DNA of 64,000 bases, from the NCBI GenBank assembly GCA_963514005.1, contig OY740809.1, positions 21,452,001-21,516,000 of the forward strand, in the 5' to 3' direction. The notes under the pieces were generated by a model, which saw only the letters and a program-made list of their open reading frames with translations, ran no database searches and was not told the origin of the DNA. Each line of letters starts with the position of its first letter. Position 1 is the stretch's first letter. This stretch comes from Raja brachyura. Taxonomy: Eukaryota. This document shows, one piece after another, positions 21,325 to 36,300 of the stretch. Both the position numbers and the translations under genes were made by a program.

Positions 21325-24300
21325 CTGTAAAACAAAATCAAAATGAGTGAACAATTACTAGAAAAATACTTGATTTTAACTACACAGTTTCACGAAGAAG
21401 AATTCCCCTGGTTCCGAGTATTTCCTACACCATTCCAGCATCATGGCATTTCATTTGGCTCAGAACACACATGATTAAGAGATAAAAAGCCACTCACTTA
21501 TACTGCCATTTAGATTTGGGATTTGAGTAAAACAAGCTTAACCCACTTATTAAGTCTCCTTACCTAGAGTAAGGGATAGAATTTTATCCTGAAATTCTAA
21601 TACCAATTAATTCGGATGTTCTTCAAATTTTTGCAGCTTCTGTTTCAGCATGGAGCATGTCCATTAATTTACTTTTTAATATTTCTGCTTATGTTCCAAT
21701 TCTGGAGCATGTAAAAGGCTCAAACTGAACCTAATACTCGAGTATAGGAGTCAGGGTACCACATTACTGTTGAATAAACCATTGTTTAGGTTGCACCAGT
21801 CAGTTGGATTTGGAGCATTGCGTGTCATTCCATCAACCATGCTATATGAAGGATGTTTAGTTTTGTTTAGAGATACAGCGTGGAAAAAGGCCCGTCAGCC
21901 TGTCGAGTCCATGACAACCAGCAATCTCCACACATTAATACTGCCCTACACACATTAGGGTCAATTTTACACGTAAACCAAGCCAATTAACCCACTTTGG
22001 AATGTAGGAGCAAACCGAAGATCTTGGAAAAGAAACACGCGGTCACGGGGAGAACGTACTGTAGTCGGGATCGAACCTGGATCTCTGGCGCGGCAAGTGC
22101 TGTAAGGCAGCAACACTACCACTGCGCCAATGTGCTGCCCTTAAATATGATGCGTTTAAAACAGGAGAAGCAGAAAAAAAAAATCACAGAAGTGCTGCCT
22201 GGACTGGACTGCTTGAATCATAGACTGGGACTGTTTGTCCGGAGTGAAGAAGTTTGAGGGATGACTTCCTAGAGAGATATAAAGTTATGAGAGGCATGGA
22301 AAGGCTTGATTATCAAAGTATTTTATGCAGGGAACGGAAATCTAAAATTGGAGGGCACGCTTATGAGGTGAGAAGGGAAAGGTTTACAGGGGATCTGAGG
22401 TTTCTCCACACAGAGTGTGACGGGTACAAGGAACGATCTGGCAGATAAGGTGGCCGAGACAAGTGCAATTACAACATGTAAAAGACATCTAGGAAAGATT
22501 TAGAGTACCATGAGCCAAACAGAGGTCAATGGAATTAGCATAGAAAGGCATCTTGGTCACCATGGATGCGATGGACCAAAATGGCCTGTTTCCATGCTGC
22601 AGGACTATGAATAAATTGCTTCTGCAAAGTCTCTCCATGGACCTTCTCCATAGATTATGGTGGCAGCATAAATTCTATTATTTCCCTGAACTCCATTTCT
22701 TTCAAACCTCACTATGATAAATCCATACTATTGCCCGCTTACGATATCACATCTAAGAGTTTCATTTACCCCAATTTTTGTTTCAGCATAATTACTTGTA
22801 GCATATGTTAGATTCAATAGTTCAAGGCCAATGACAGCACTGTTCCCTCTCTTCACTCAATTTATTTTTAAAAACCATTCAACACTAAATCTACTTTCCA
22901 GCCTTGCCCCCCTCATCCCATTTGTTGTTCTTCATGACATCATGTGCGGAAGTAATTACTTTCAAGTTCCAGTCTAAATCAATAAAATGTACTGAAAATG
23001 TAATAAAGACATTCAATTACAACATTTGCATCTAGCTGTGCAATATGACAATATCAGTTATAGTACGCAGAGGTCATAACTTTTGGCATTTCACAAGCAG
23101 ATCAATTCAGGCAATTAAGCCTTTTGTCCTTGTTAATATTCAACATCAAACGATCTGTGGAAGATGAGGTGAAATTGACTGGTTCACCTCTAAATTTTGA
23201 GGGCCTACTGAAATAGAAGTGTTTCTGGCCTAATAAGTGTCAAATCTCATTAATCTGAAATGTCCAAGAGAAGTAACAATCAGCGAGGAAACACATATCA
23301 ATGAACATGGATTACATTTTGACATGCCGACTCCTTCCCCATTGTAGCAACGTGGTCAAATAAAAGAGTATTATTCCAGACTGGCTTTCTTAAAATATCA
23401 CATTTGCAATACATTACAGAGGGATGAGGAAAGAAAGATAAACTTGAAAGCAACAAAACCGTTCCTCATTGTGTTCTTTGGGATATTGACTCATTAACAT
23501 TTTAAAAAAGAGAATTGAGTGAATTGTACTTACAAAGTCATCCTTTTCAGGAATCAATATGTTCATCTCAGAGGACTTGGCACTGACAATCTCACAAGCG
23601 AGAGAATCCTTACTAAGGTAGATATGGCAGCCATCGGTCTTATTGACGGAGATAGTTGGCACATTACCCAAAACCTACAGAAGAAAAATTACAGAACCAC
23701 ATTGAACATGGGTTTTGCACAGACTGCAACGTTCCAATGAGAAACAATCAAGAAAGGTGGCATATTGGAAAATGTAAAACTGAAGAAAACTAAATTAACT
23801 TCAAAAACTTCTGCCGTGTAAAAAAAGATTGGTGAGTTTGGTTGTGCATCTACTTTATTCAATAGAAAATGGAAGTTTTCCTTTAATGTTTCATCATAAG
23901 ACCTTCAGACCTGAACATTTTGCAAACTGATATACTCAATTCAAAAATCAGCTAAAACAATTCCCACATTAATTTTTACCGTGGATTCTTGCAAGTAAAA
24001 TGATCCAATGTTTGGATCACTACTATCTGCAAATATTTGATGCTGTACATGCATGCTATCGTCACACTGTAACTATTGTGGATGTGACTTCCACTAATGA
24101 AAGGAACTTTGAGAAGATATTGGTGCATATTTAGTTATAACTGCATACGCTTTAAACAGCATATGTCTTTCATCTTTGGGCATGCAGCAGAGACAATATT
24201 GAAAAATAAAAGCTACATCTGAAGACTAATTAAAGACATTCTTTTCTCATGATGGCAGTTGGTCCTCTTTGCATTGCCAAGCAACATTTATCTTTCATAA

Positions 24301-27300
24301 CACAGCATAACATTCTTTACTTTTAATAATAAATCAATGACCCAGATTTTTATTTTACTGACAATAGAACTATAATATTCATGAAATTGACTGACTTTGA
24401 GTTTGCACATCCAGTTAAACAGAAACCTGCAATCCGCAGAAAATGATGTTAGCTCCTTAGTTGACTTTGATGTCAGAGATGGCTATAAATTGATGAGAAC
24501 TTAAAGCTATAAACTCCAGACACTCCCTGTTGACACGCCCCTCTAGTACAGATGCAAGACAGTCATTTCAAAAACATGGATCAAAGGAGTTGTGGAAAGT
24601 TGAAGTTGACTGTCACCAATATATTTGCAGGTACTAACATCATTTTAATGAAGTGTTGGAAGGTGTATATAAATATCAGTGAAAAAAATTAAATGAATTG
24701 ATTTTCACCTCCAACCAGTTCACATCTAACATCCAAATGTTCCAAATATATATGGGTAAAGTAGCTATGTCGTTTCAATTACCTGAATTTTCACATCCTT
24801 AGAATTAATGACTTCCACAATTCCAACAACGTGTTCAAAAACAAGACCCATCTTTTTACAGTTATCTGCAAAACAAAAAGGATATTCATCAGGCTAAACA
24901 AAGCTAGATTATAAATATTAAGAACATTCACTCTCATTTGCATTGATGAAGTCTTCTCCTACGTACAGTATAGAGGCTTACACGTATAGAGGCAAAATAA
25001 TTTTTGCATAATCTTCTGTACATTGATTACATGGTTGGATACATTCAAGCAATGTACGTTAAGGTGCATGGTCGCAACTCTAATGTTGTACTGAAGGATG
25101 TCAGGTAATTCAGCAGACTTCATAATTTTACTTGAGTAGCTCAGTTGTTCACTGAATATGTATGCAGACGTGCAGGGAGATTTTCAATCACTAATGTAGC
25201 CCAACATTGTTGGCAATTTATCCAAAGCTGTAAATTAATGTATAAATTGAACTGGTATCAGATTTGACCAGGGCGGCACGGTGGTGTAGTGGTAGAGCTA
25301 CTGCCTCACAGCACCAGACACCCAGGTTCGATCCTGACTACTGGTGCTTGTCTGTACGTTCTCCCCGTGACCTGCGTGGGTTTCCTCCCACACTCCAAAG
25401 GCGTACAGGTTTGTAGGTTTAATTGGCTTGGTATAAATGTAAAAATTGTCCCAAGTTTGTAGGGCAGTGTTAATGTGCGGGGATCGCTGGTCGGTGCGGA
25501 CTCGGTGGGCCGAGAGGTCTGTTTCCATGCTGCATCTCTAAACTAAACATGGAGAATACAGTAAAATGCATTTTTACATAAATATGCAAATGTTTTATAT
25601 TATCCTTGAAAGTTGCAAATAAAGCAAAAAAAACATTTATTCAAAAAAAAGCAGAAAAAAACCCATTTATTCCAAAAGTCTAGGAGCACAGGAAGCTAAT
25701 AATGCATGAAAAAGATCAAAAACAAAACTCTTGAAATTTTTTTTTAACATCAATTTGATAATTAACGGGGAGCCAATCAAGCAAAAGATGAGTTTCAACA
25801 ATAGATAAGGTGAGGGGGGGCAAAGTTGTGTAGAGTGGAAATGGATGGTCAACTCAGGGTCAAATATTGCACCAGAGTGCCTAGCTCAGCTTCAATTTCA
25901 AAGGAAAGGGTGCAGTTGTGGCTACAAAGCAGAGTTTGTGATTGGGACTGTCATGGGAGGAAAAATCACATCATCATACAAGTCTATTAATTTACCCACT
26001 TGATGAAAGCAAAGCAGATTATTACATTTATTTTCATTGATTAGTTTGGTGGTAAAATGTCTCAGGCTCTTTAAAAAGTAGCTTGAAGATTCCCTCCTTG
26101 CACATTTCCACTTACCGATAGTGATGGAGTTGATCTTCCCCTTGACGGTAAGAGTGGATTGCGTACATTTATAGACATAGACAACCTGCCTCAATTCAGT
26201 GTCCTGAATAACCAGGTTACTCGCATTCATTTGGTGTTCCTGCAAGCAGAGCACAATCTTAAACCATTTCACAAATAAGGTGGAAATACAGCTCATGTGA
26301 TAAAGAGAAAACTTAGCTATTCAATTCATGCATAATTGCAGGCTAATTATTCCGTGTTGCACAAAGACACTTCTCAATTGTAAAAAATATGACATTTTAT
26401 CCAAAGGATATATCTGTAGATGCAGAACTTCAGATTACAAGTTCCCAAAAAAAGTTGATATGCAACAATGATTCTTATATTATTGCCCGACTTATTTTCT
26501 TCAGTTCAAGCCTAATCGCTCCTCAGAGAGCAGCAGTTCCACTCTGTCAGTCACCCCAGAGTAGCTCAGTGAAATAGCCATTGTTGAAATGTGTCCATTT
26601 TCTCCATGAGCATCATGGCCAAGTCAAATTTTAGTCCCATTCTTCGATAGGCAAACCTCCAGCTTTTAGGTTACTAGTTGATCAGACAGAGACTGGACAA
26701 CTTTTCCACGTAAATCTTTTCCTACTCAGTTTACCTTGCACTGGGCAACTATCACACCCCAAACACCCTTCTGCTCCCACAGTCCTCAAATACAAATCAG
26801 CCAGAATGTAAAATCTCTCAAATCTTTCACATCAGCTCTTCCACACCACCCGCTTCCCCCAAGCTTTGAGTCTACACAATCATAAAACCTCACTATTCTA
26901 ATGCTTCCAGACCACAATGGTTTCCATTGACATGCAGAGTTACGGTCATTATTTTAATGGTCACGTGACAACCTACTATGCACGCAAAGCTGATGAATGT
27001 CTCCATAACCTTAGGACTTCAAAAATCAATTGAGCTCCATGTGGAAACACAGCCAAATCAGCCGAGCAAAAATACCAGAACAGAGAATTGGTATATTTCC
27101 AATTTATTGAATAATATGTGCTGCCTAAACCTAGTAAAATCAACGATACACTGTAATGTAATCGTACACCAAGGACGGCTTGATTGTAATCACATACAGT
27201 CTTTCCGCTGACTGGAAAGCATGCAACAAAAAGCTTTTCACTGTGCCTCGATACACGCAACAATAATAAATAAACTAAAACCAAGCCAAGGTGATTTTCC

Positions 27301-30300
27301 AGCCCTTAAGAAATAATTTCCGGGATACTGAATAAACTTTGTGACTCACCACTACCCATTTCTTGCCTTCAAGTTTCAGCACGGGTGGCTCTTGTTTGGC
27401 TGCTGGCTTCACTGTTGGAGTAGCCGTTTTGAATGGCTTTGGACCAGGAGCAAAAGGTCCAGCTGAAGTTTTTAATGCAGGATTCTTGTGGGTTTTATTG
27501 GCATCCGGTACATGCTTCAACCCTGGGTTAACACAATTTATAATTAGAATACTTAAATGACACATGGACAGGTATTTGGTAAGGTTTAGAGTGATTTGGC
27601 CCAAACCCAGGTAAACTGAACCATCTCAGAATGACAACTTGGAAGTGTAGGGCCATAATGCCAGTTTCCATGTTGTATAAATCTATGAGTGTTTACAGCA
27701 GAATCAAGTTGAGCTTTTCTGGAACATTTTAGTTCATCACCTGTTCAATGCAGCAGAATGATAAACAGATATTTAGAAGCGGGGAGGGCCAGATTAGGGA
27801 CTAAATCACGAGGGGATGGTTGAGATAGTAAATAAGTACTCAGGATATCATCCTTGACCAAGGAAGACACTGTCAGATGTCATAGAAGAGGTGGCAGTCA
27901 AGACTGCTAAAAATTGATAAGGGCCTGTTACTAGAATAGCTGAATATAAAGTAAACAAGTCGATGTAGATGGGATCTCAGGCATCGCAAGAGAAAGGAGG
28001 ACATCGTAAATGAAGTTCATTTTCTTCTCATCATTAGAGGACAGTGTCTGGAGATTGCAGAATTGAAAAATTATCAGGATGATTCAGAATCTCCATTCAA
28101 CAACTAATTCAGTTAGGACAACCTTACTTTAGCACGCAGATACAAGGAACTGCAGGTGCTGGTTACAAAAAAAGGCATAAAGCACTATTGTAACTCAGTG
28201 GGTCAGCCAGCATTTCCGGGTGACACGGACAGGCAATGCTTCATGTCAGGACCCTTCTTAAGAGAGTGGGGGGGGAAAGAAATCTAGAAGAAAGGTGGGG
28301 TCAGGATAAAGTCTGGCAAGTTATAGGCACATATAGGTGAGGATGAGGGAGCAGGAAGTTTGATTGGAAAATTGATTGGAAAACAACCGGAGCCGAGAAA
28401 AAATGAGGCTCAGGGGTTTGGATCATCAGGATCTTTTTCGGGGCAGAGGTAATCTGCACAAAAGGGACATGTTGCATCTGAACTGGAGTGGGACCAATAT
28501 CCATCCTATGAGGGAGATTTACTAGTGTTACATGGGAGGGCATAAACTAGATTGGCAGGGAGCGGTGTCAACGTCCCAAAGTTGAAAGGAGGCAGATAAG
28601 AGAACAGGGGCAAATACAGCACAGCACAATGTCGCAGGTAGAGTTACTGCCTTAAAGCACCAGAGACACAAGTTCGATCGTGACTACGGGTGCTATCTGT
28701 TCAGGGTTTGCACGTTCTCCCTGTGACCCCCTGGGGTTTTCTCGGGGCGTTCCGGTTTCTTCTCACGTTCCAAAGCTGTGCAGGTTTGTAGGTTAATTGG
28801 CTTCTATAAATTGTGCCTAGTGTATAGGATAGAACTAGCACAAGGGTGATTGCTGGTTGGCACCGATTCAGTGAGCTCACGGGCCTGTCTCCACACTGTA
28901 TTTCTAAACTGTAGAAATAATGATCAAGATTGGGAGGCATGTGCACTGTAAAGACCAGTAGTCTGAATTGTTTATTTCAATACCAGAGGTTTAACACGTA
29001 AAGTAGACAAATTGGAGTCAGGGCGAGGATTGACTTGGGGCACTGGCATATTAGATCATAACAGAAACATGGCTGAGAAAAGGGCAGGACTGGCAGCTCA
29101 AGGATACAGAAGCTGCAGTTGTGAGATGCAGGTAAAGGGTGGCTGCTTTTTTGATCAGGAATGACACAACTACAGTGCTCAGAGAGGATATTCTTGGAAG
29201 ATCATCCACTGAGGCTATAGATATTGAAAAGGAACAATTACATTTTTTTAGGTCTGCATTAATGACCTCTCAAATGTCTGTGAATTAGAGGAGCAGATGT
29301 GCAGGGAGATTGCAGATATTTGTAAACATGATAGGGTAGCATTAGTGAGAACTTACCTTATTTTGACTGGACTATCACTCCCTAAGAGGAGATCCAGTGT
29401 AGTGTCCGTTATGTAATGATTAAATAAGCTTTCTTGGACACGTATTAACTCCATCCTGACCAAGCCCGTTACAAAGTCAACTGTGTGATTCCTCCTATTT
29501 GAATTATTTTTAAAGGATCAAATATCTTTACCAACAAGATAGTCACAAAATGCTGCTGCAGTAACTCAGCAGGTGCAGCGCTGTGTCTGACCTGCCGAGC
29601 TACTTCAGCATTTTGTGTCTATCTTCGGTGTAAACCAACATCTACAGTTCCTTCTTACACTCTTTACCAAAAGTTGTGTTCAAAACAAATACTCCTGTCT
29701 ATCCACCCTTTCCTCAAAAAGGGATATGCTTTGGACAATGCTTTTTCGGGTCCAACTGTCAGAGTTCAGAAATATCTGTAGATATTTTCGCTCGTTTTCA
29801 TTTGCTTTTAGAATAAGTACCAACAACAAACTCACTGTTCATTACTTACTACTAGTAATATCAGCTCCCTTATTAAGGTCAGCAAACAGAGCCGTTCGTG
29901 AAATCTCTGTGTCGTCTGAAGAAACCGCAGGAGGAAGTGCAGGTGGTGGTCCAGGTGGTGGGGGAATAGGAGCTCCTCCAGACGGTGGAGCAGAACCAGT
30001 TGCTATCCGACCCTGAGAAGATGAAAACGAGATAGAGATTTTCCATACCATAGGTCAAGATAAAACTGCTGAGATAAGATTTAGAAATGTCACCATATCA
30101 AATCCTAAATATTTCTTCTAAATAGATTTACAGAGTCTTCTAAATAGATTTTTATCTTATATTTGTAACAAAGTAAAATAGACCTTTTTGACCCATCAGG
30201 TCTTTGCACGTTCCCATGGTGAGCAAATCACATTTCCCATTGCCTTATTTCCTTGAAATCTTTCAATTTATTCTCTGTCAAGGATAAGAAAGATTTATCC

Positions 30301-33300
30301 TTTGGGCCAAACTCGAGAAAATGGGACCATCTTAGATGAAGCTTTTTGGTCGGCATGGCTAAGTTGGGCCGAAGGGGCTGTTTCCACGCTGTACGAATCT
30401 GTAATTCTATCCCATTAACTCTCCTTTGAAATTAATCAATAATAAGGGATCATTTACAGTAGCAAATTAATCGTTGGGACGTGGGAGAAAACCCAATCAC
30501 ACATGGAGAGAATACACAAATTGTATATGGACAGCTCCCTAGGTCGGGATTAAACGCTGGTCCCTGCAGCTGCAAGGCTGCTGCAACACCGCCACAAAAA
30601 AAAATGTAAATTGATTTATATTTCCTTTAACCTTACAAATCCAGACAAAATTCAGACTCCTGGACACAATACGTCTCAAAATCCTCTAAATTAATGTTCT
30701 ATCACCCTTTAATTTCACAATTTGGGATTAATGGCAGTACTGGAGTGGATGCGGCGTCAAGGGAAGATAACTGCTGCTCAAATTAAGTTAAATGCTCACA
30801 TTTTTACTACATTCGCCGATTTGAATTTATACCCCCATGTCAATAATACACAATGGAAATGTTTTTCTTTATTCATCATCGTACTTCACAACAAAATTCC
30901 CAGCTACCCCAATTATTTCCTGTTCAAATTCAATTTCTCGATATTCATCCCATCTATTAGTTTATTTGGCTCATTTAAAGTTCATTGGAAGTTGGATGAA
31001 AATGCGGATTGAGCTGGACATTTGCAAAATTCATAGGTTGAGCATAGTTAATGGTAATTTTTATTGCACAATTGTTAAAATTATACATCATTGTATACTG
31101 ATATGAGCAATGAAAACTAAAGCTGATTAAAAGGCACTTCCATTGAAATCCTGGGCAGAATGAACACAATTGAATCTGCTTTTGTTTCTGTGATTAATAA
31201 ACTCCTCTACACAAATGCATGTCTTTGAAATAAGCAATTGAGAACATTATGTTAGAGCCAGACCTTCTGTTGGAAGGAAATTAAAATCTAGTAACAATGA
31301 TTCTTTTCTCATTGTTTTCTATTTATCATTATTAAATATTTATCTTTATTTTGCTCCTTACAGGATCCTATTAAGGAAGAAATGAAAGGTAGACACATAC
31401 ATCTGGAGAAACTCAGAAATGAATCCGGAAGTTAAATTTTTTTTAACATCTCACCAATTTCAACCTCGGGTAGTTTATTTCATACATCATACATCTTCTC
31501 TAAACGTCAATTTATGCATAGCTTACATTGAATCTTTGTTGAGAAAATATTAACTCCCATATTCTTCAAGTTGAATTCAAATTGTTATAGATTTATAAAT
31601 ACTCTTATTCCAATGAATAATATTTATTCAATTTATTATACTTTCCAATGCTGTCATTTCTGGAGGGAGATAATATATCCCCGGGGAATGACCAGTTCCC
31701 ATTTCACCCAAGCTTCCATTATTTTCAAAATCATTTTTGAAAAACACAAAAAGCTCAGAGTATATTTATGCTCAAAAGATGCCTTTTTGATTTGCAAATG
31801 CCCATGGGAATTAATATATCCACAGTAATTGCAGCAGTAAACCACAATGTCTCAGGTTTGATTAACGTATCTTAAGGTGGGGAGAAAAATGAGTTGGCCC
31901 AATTGCTCTAACATCACATGGGTAAGGGGAGGGGAAGAATATCAAAATTCCATTAAGGTTGCTATTGTCAAATATGGCTGCCAACATTTGCTCTGACAAC
32001 AGAAGCAATCAGCCACAATGAGAAAGAGCATGCAAAGACATTTAGCCCATGCCAATGGCTCACCAGGTGGTCACAAGCGGCATGGCAAGTATAACTCATT
32101 GGTTAGCAAAGACTACATTCAGCACTGCAATATTTGCAGACACTGGCACAACTGTTACAAGAGGCAATATCAATGACCTGCATCATCCTGGAATGTGCAA
32201 CTCCATATAGTAAAGACACAATCTAATGAACAAAACAATTAAAAACAGAATATTTTTTTAAAAACTCACAGATTTGTTCCACGAAACCCCTGTGGTGTGG
32301 TTTGCTTTGATGTAGGCTTGAAGTCCAGACCAGAAACTTATGTAGGCCTTGACCCACTCCACATGCTTCTTGTTACTGAAATGTTAAGATGATGTTCATT
32401 AGTCTAAGTTTCACTGCTTTCTGTGCACCTCTTACTTTTTGTGTACCTCTGTATGATATTTATTACATTTCTCATAAAATATGTCAGGGCAGCAAGAAAC
32501 AAGGGGAGCTTAAGTCAAAAAGGGTTTATGGCAAAGGTAAAAAGCACCAAGACCTGAAATGGAAGCCATCAGATCTTCCCATAACTATCATGCTGTATCT
32601 ATCGCTATCTCCAGATCAATGCTGGCTTCCTCTAGAGGTGTTGCTTATGGCGGGGGGAAAAAAAGTCAGAGCTTTGGAGTTGCAGTTGTTATGTGGGAAG
32701 AATATTAACAAAATGAACTTGAACGTCTACTTTTGTTACCGATGTACCCTACCTTCTCTTCGTAATTTAGTGAAAAAATTGTCTTTCATCGCGGCAGCTC
32801 ACTCAAACTCCCTCTTCCCCCTCTTCTAGTGTTGCCTCACTTTACTCTAACTTCAGAGGTGTAATTTTCAGAAGTGTGGAGTAGTCTGTTTGCACAGCAG
32901 GCTGAAAGCATGGTAATTGTTATTTGTGAGACAATTTAAAATGGTTGGTATACATAAATTGGGTAGAGGCAACATGGACATTTATTGCAGGTCATCCATG
33001 ATCTTGTTAAACGGAGGAACAGGCTAGAATGTTTAAACGTCATTTATCCTAAAAAACATAATCAACTTGCACAGACAAGCAGGAATTACGGACAATTTTA
33101 GATAATCAAGAATTGAATGATATTTTTTTTTAAAAAGAAAAAATATTTGCAAGGCGTTGCTGCCATTTTGACTTCAAGACCAATGTAAAAGGTTAAAACA
33201 AAAATCTGGCCCTTCAGTTGTATTTATTCATAGGATGTGGACATCAGAGGCAAAGTTACCAAGTAAGCCAATGCCCGAATTGGTCTCTGAACTATTTGGG

Positions 33301-36300
33301 TTACGAGGTCATTTCAGAGGCCAGTCGCTGTGCCTCAAGTCACACAAAGCCCAGGCAAAGATGGCAGATTTTTGTCTGTGAAAGTCATTATTGAATTAGA
33401 TTGTTTTTTTCTTCTTCGGCATTTTGATAGTTTCATGATTACCATTTGTGATATGAAATGAAACAATTGTTTTGGCATCCCAGAGAGACAGAAACATTTT
33501 AAGATTAGATAATTCATTACAATTCACAAGATGTTGTACAGAGTTGCACTGGGAATAAATTAATCACCAACAAAGACTCAAGTAATTGGTGGATGTAAAT
33601 GGAAAGATGCTTCATGCACTGGGAATTTACAGGCGAAAAATACCGCATATTCTGGAAATCTGTTTAAAACAAAACAGAAAATGTTGGAAATATTCAAGTC
33701 TAGTGGAATTTGTGGAGAGAAATGATGCTATCTAATGTGTTGAATATTTCCACAATTTCCTACCTTTCCAAGTTTATAACTAAAGCAATCCCAATTTTTG
33801 ATTGTAATTACAGAAACCATCAACTTGAAAAACATCTGCATGTATTTAAATGCCTAAATTATGTCTGCATAATTTTTTATCAGATTGTTTTCTTATGTAA
33901 AATCATACTTAGCACAGAAAGTAAGTACAGCTGTGAGATTTGCAGCTAAATTATACGACTGGGATATTTAAAACTTATGCAAAATTTTATGCAGTTTTCA
34001 GAAAATGAAACTATGAAAGAATTAACAGATTCCATTAAATGCAAAAGAATGTAAATGGTACTCATACGTTTCTTTGTACTCCTTCAGAACCCTATTGGTG
34101 TAAAACATAGCAGCATCTGTCATCTCTTTAACATAAGGGCCAGGTTTTGGAGCCTACAAAGAAAAAGTAATTTCATTAATTTCAATGCCTCTAATTTTAT
34201 AATTCTTTTATCAAAAATATTTCTGCCATCAAGAATTCAAAGAATTTATCAAACACTTGCAACCTGCCTTTATTTACATAGGAGCCACCAATACCAAGCA
34301 AACATGATTAACATTGTCATTTTCACAGGAGTGAGTTACAAAGATGTCACAGTTGAAGGATTCCAACCCAAAATCTTGATCTTCCATTTCCCACCAGATA
34401 CTGCTCAACCCACTGAGCTCCTCCGGTAGATAGTCTGTTGCTACAGATTCCAGCATCCGCAGTCTCTTGAGAGTCAGTATAAAGACTGCTGACTATTTTA
34501 AGCACTTCAAAGTTATTTCCCCCTCATCTTTGGTAATTTAAGGTAGTGTGAGCATCAAGTTTTAAATTCTTTGGGGTCATTAGGACCCAAGTGTTGGGAG
34601 ATTCTACATATTGATATTTATCCAGATGTATATGCCAACAATTACGAGGTAGTTTTAAAAGGCAAAATCAAGAAATCTGCACCATACTTTTTTTGATTAT
34701 TCAAAAGAAATTTATCCTGCTGGCAGAATGAAGTTTGTTCCATACTAGATCAACAATTGTATTACCTTAACACATTCCAATTCCTTTTGGAGCTATCCAG
34801 CACCACAAATAGAAGGTAAAATTGCTTCAGCTCCAACAATACCCAAATGCAGCTACAATGTTAACAATTTGTTTTCATTTTACCCCATTCTCCTCTTCAG
34901 GCTGGCAATCTCTTCCATCTCATATATTACCCAGCAAGTGACTCCACAACCGCTGACATAATCGCTGTAGACACGTTTCAGGTCGAGACCCTTCTTCAGA
35001 CTGATAGCCCTGACTATCAGTCTGAAGGACGGTCTCAATCCGAAACTTCACCCATTCCTTCTCTCCAGAGATGCTGCCTGTCCCGCTGAGTTACTCCTGC
35101 ATTTTGTGTCTACCTGCGATTTAAACCAGCATGTGCAGTTATTTCCTTAACATAATCTATAAGCCACAAGTTCACATACAAAATAAAAGCTCCTTAACAA
35201 TAACACAGTAGAAAATGATGTACATATGCCATATTTTTTGCTGTGTTCTTATTAAGGAACTCGCCATCCCCTGGGAAAGGCTGCATGTTTAAATGAACAA
35301 GCACATACTTATGGAGACAATACTTATCAGATTGTAACAGGCACACAAATGCTACTGGTGCTGATCCCACTCCCAGCAGCTGACTACACCTCCTCCGACG
35401 CAAATTTGGTTCTATTTATCTTTTTTTCCTTTCAAGCCAGCTTCCACCTATCATCCACCTGCCTCCGTCTCCAACTCCACCACTCCTGCTTCTGACTACA
35501 TTTGCCTGCATTCCTCACCCTTCCTTGGTCCACCTATCATCTACTGGCTCATCTCAACCCTCCCCATCTTAATACCAACTATCATTCCTCTTCATTCTCA
35601 TTCCTGTTGCATTATTTCAACCCAAAACGTTGACAATCCCCTTCCCTCCTATTGATGCTGCACAATTCCTCCAGCTGTTTGTTTTTTTTGCAGTAAAATA
35701 CTTACAATTGCCAGCCATCCAAGACCAGGAATGCTTTCACTAATTGCTGATAGATGATTAAACTGCTTGCTCACACGATTTTTCTCTCTGAATTCTTGGA
35801 TCTGCAGAATTTTATCGGCCAGGGGCTGCAGTAGTGCGGTCAATTTAGCCTGAAGAGACAAAGCAAATAAACATTGCTATAATTGCAGAAAGTAGCATAA
35901 TAAACAGAACATCAAAAGTAAAGTGCATTATTCACTGTGCTTGCAACAGCACAACTATAAAAAACTACAACTAAAGTTTCTGAAAATGTTCTCTTCCCGA
36001 ATGAGTGCAATGTCATTGTCAAAACACATTAATTTACTTCAGTACTTGGCAAAGGTGGATACAGAGATACATGGAGGTGGGAGAAACTGCAACCTTCAAG
36101 GAAAAAATAATATTATTCATATTCAGAACAGAAACAGGGCCTCGTCAGTGTGGTATGCACGGTGCTCTGCTGCAGACAAGAAAGCGCTCCAGAGAGCAGT
36201 AAAAACAGCAGAGAGAATCACCGGCTGCCCACTGTCCTCTCTGGAGGACATTGCCACCTCACGCTACCTCAGCAGAGCCACTAACATAGTCAAAGACTCC

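Noticed and set aside
25271-25345. tRNA-like sequence with A and B boxes (also at 6333, 16430, 22060, 28617)
   Set aside because: Each continues into a V-domain and LINE-derived tail and lacks a complete cloverleaf. These are SINE heads, not tRNA genes.
30100-30152. Short duplications (tcttctaaatagattt x2; also atggtagtttac x2 at about 45038-45070)
   Set aside because: Ordinary slippage or insertion-junction micro-duplications with no functional signal.
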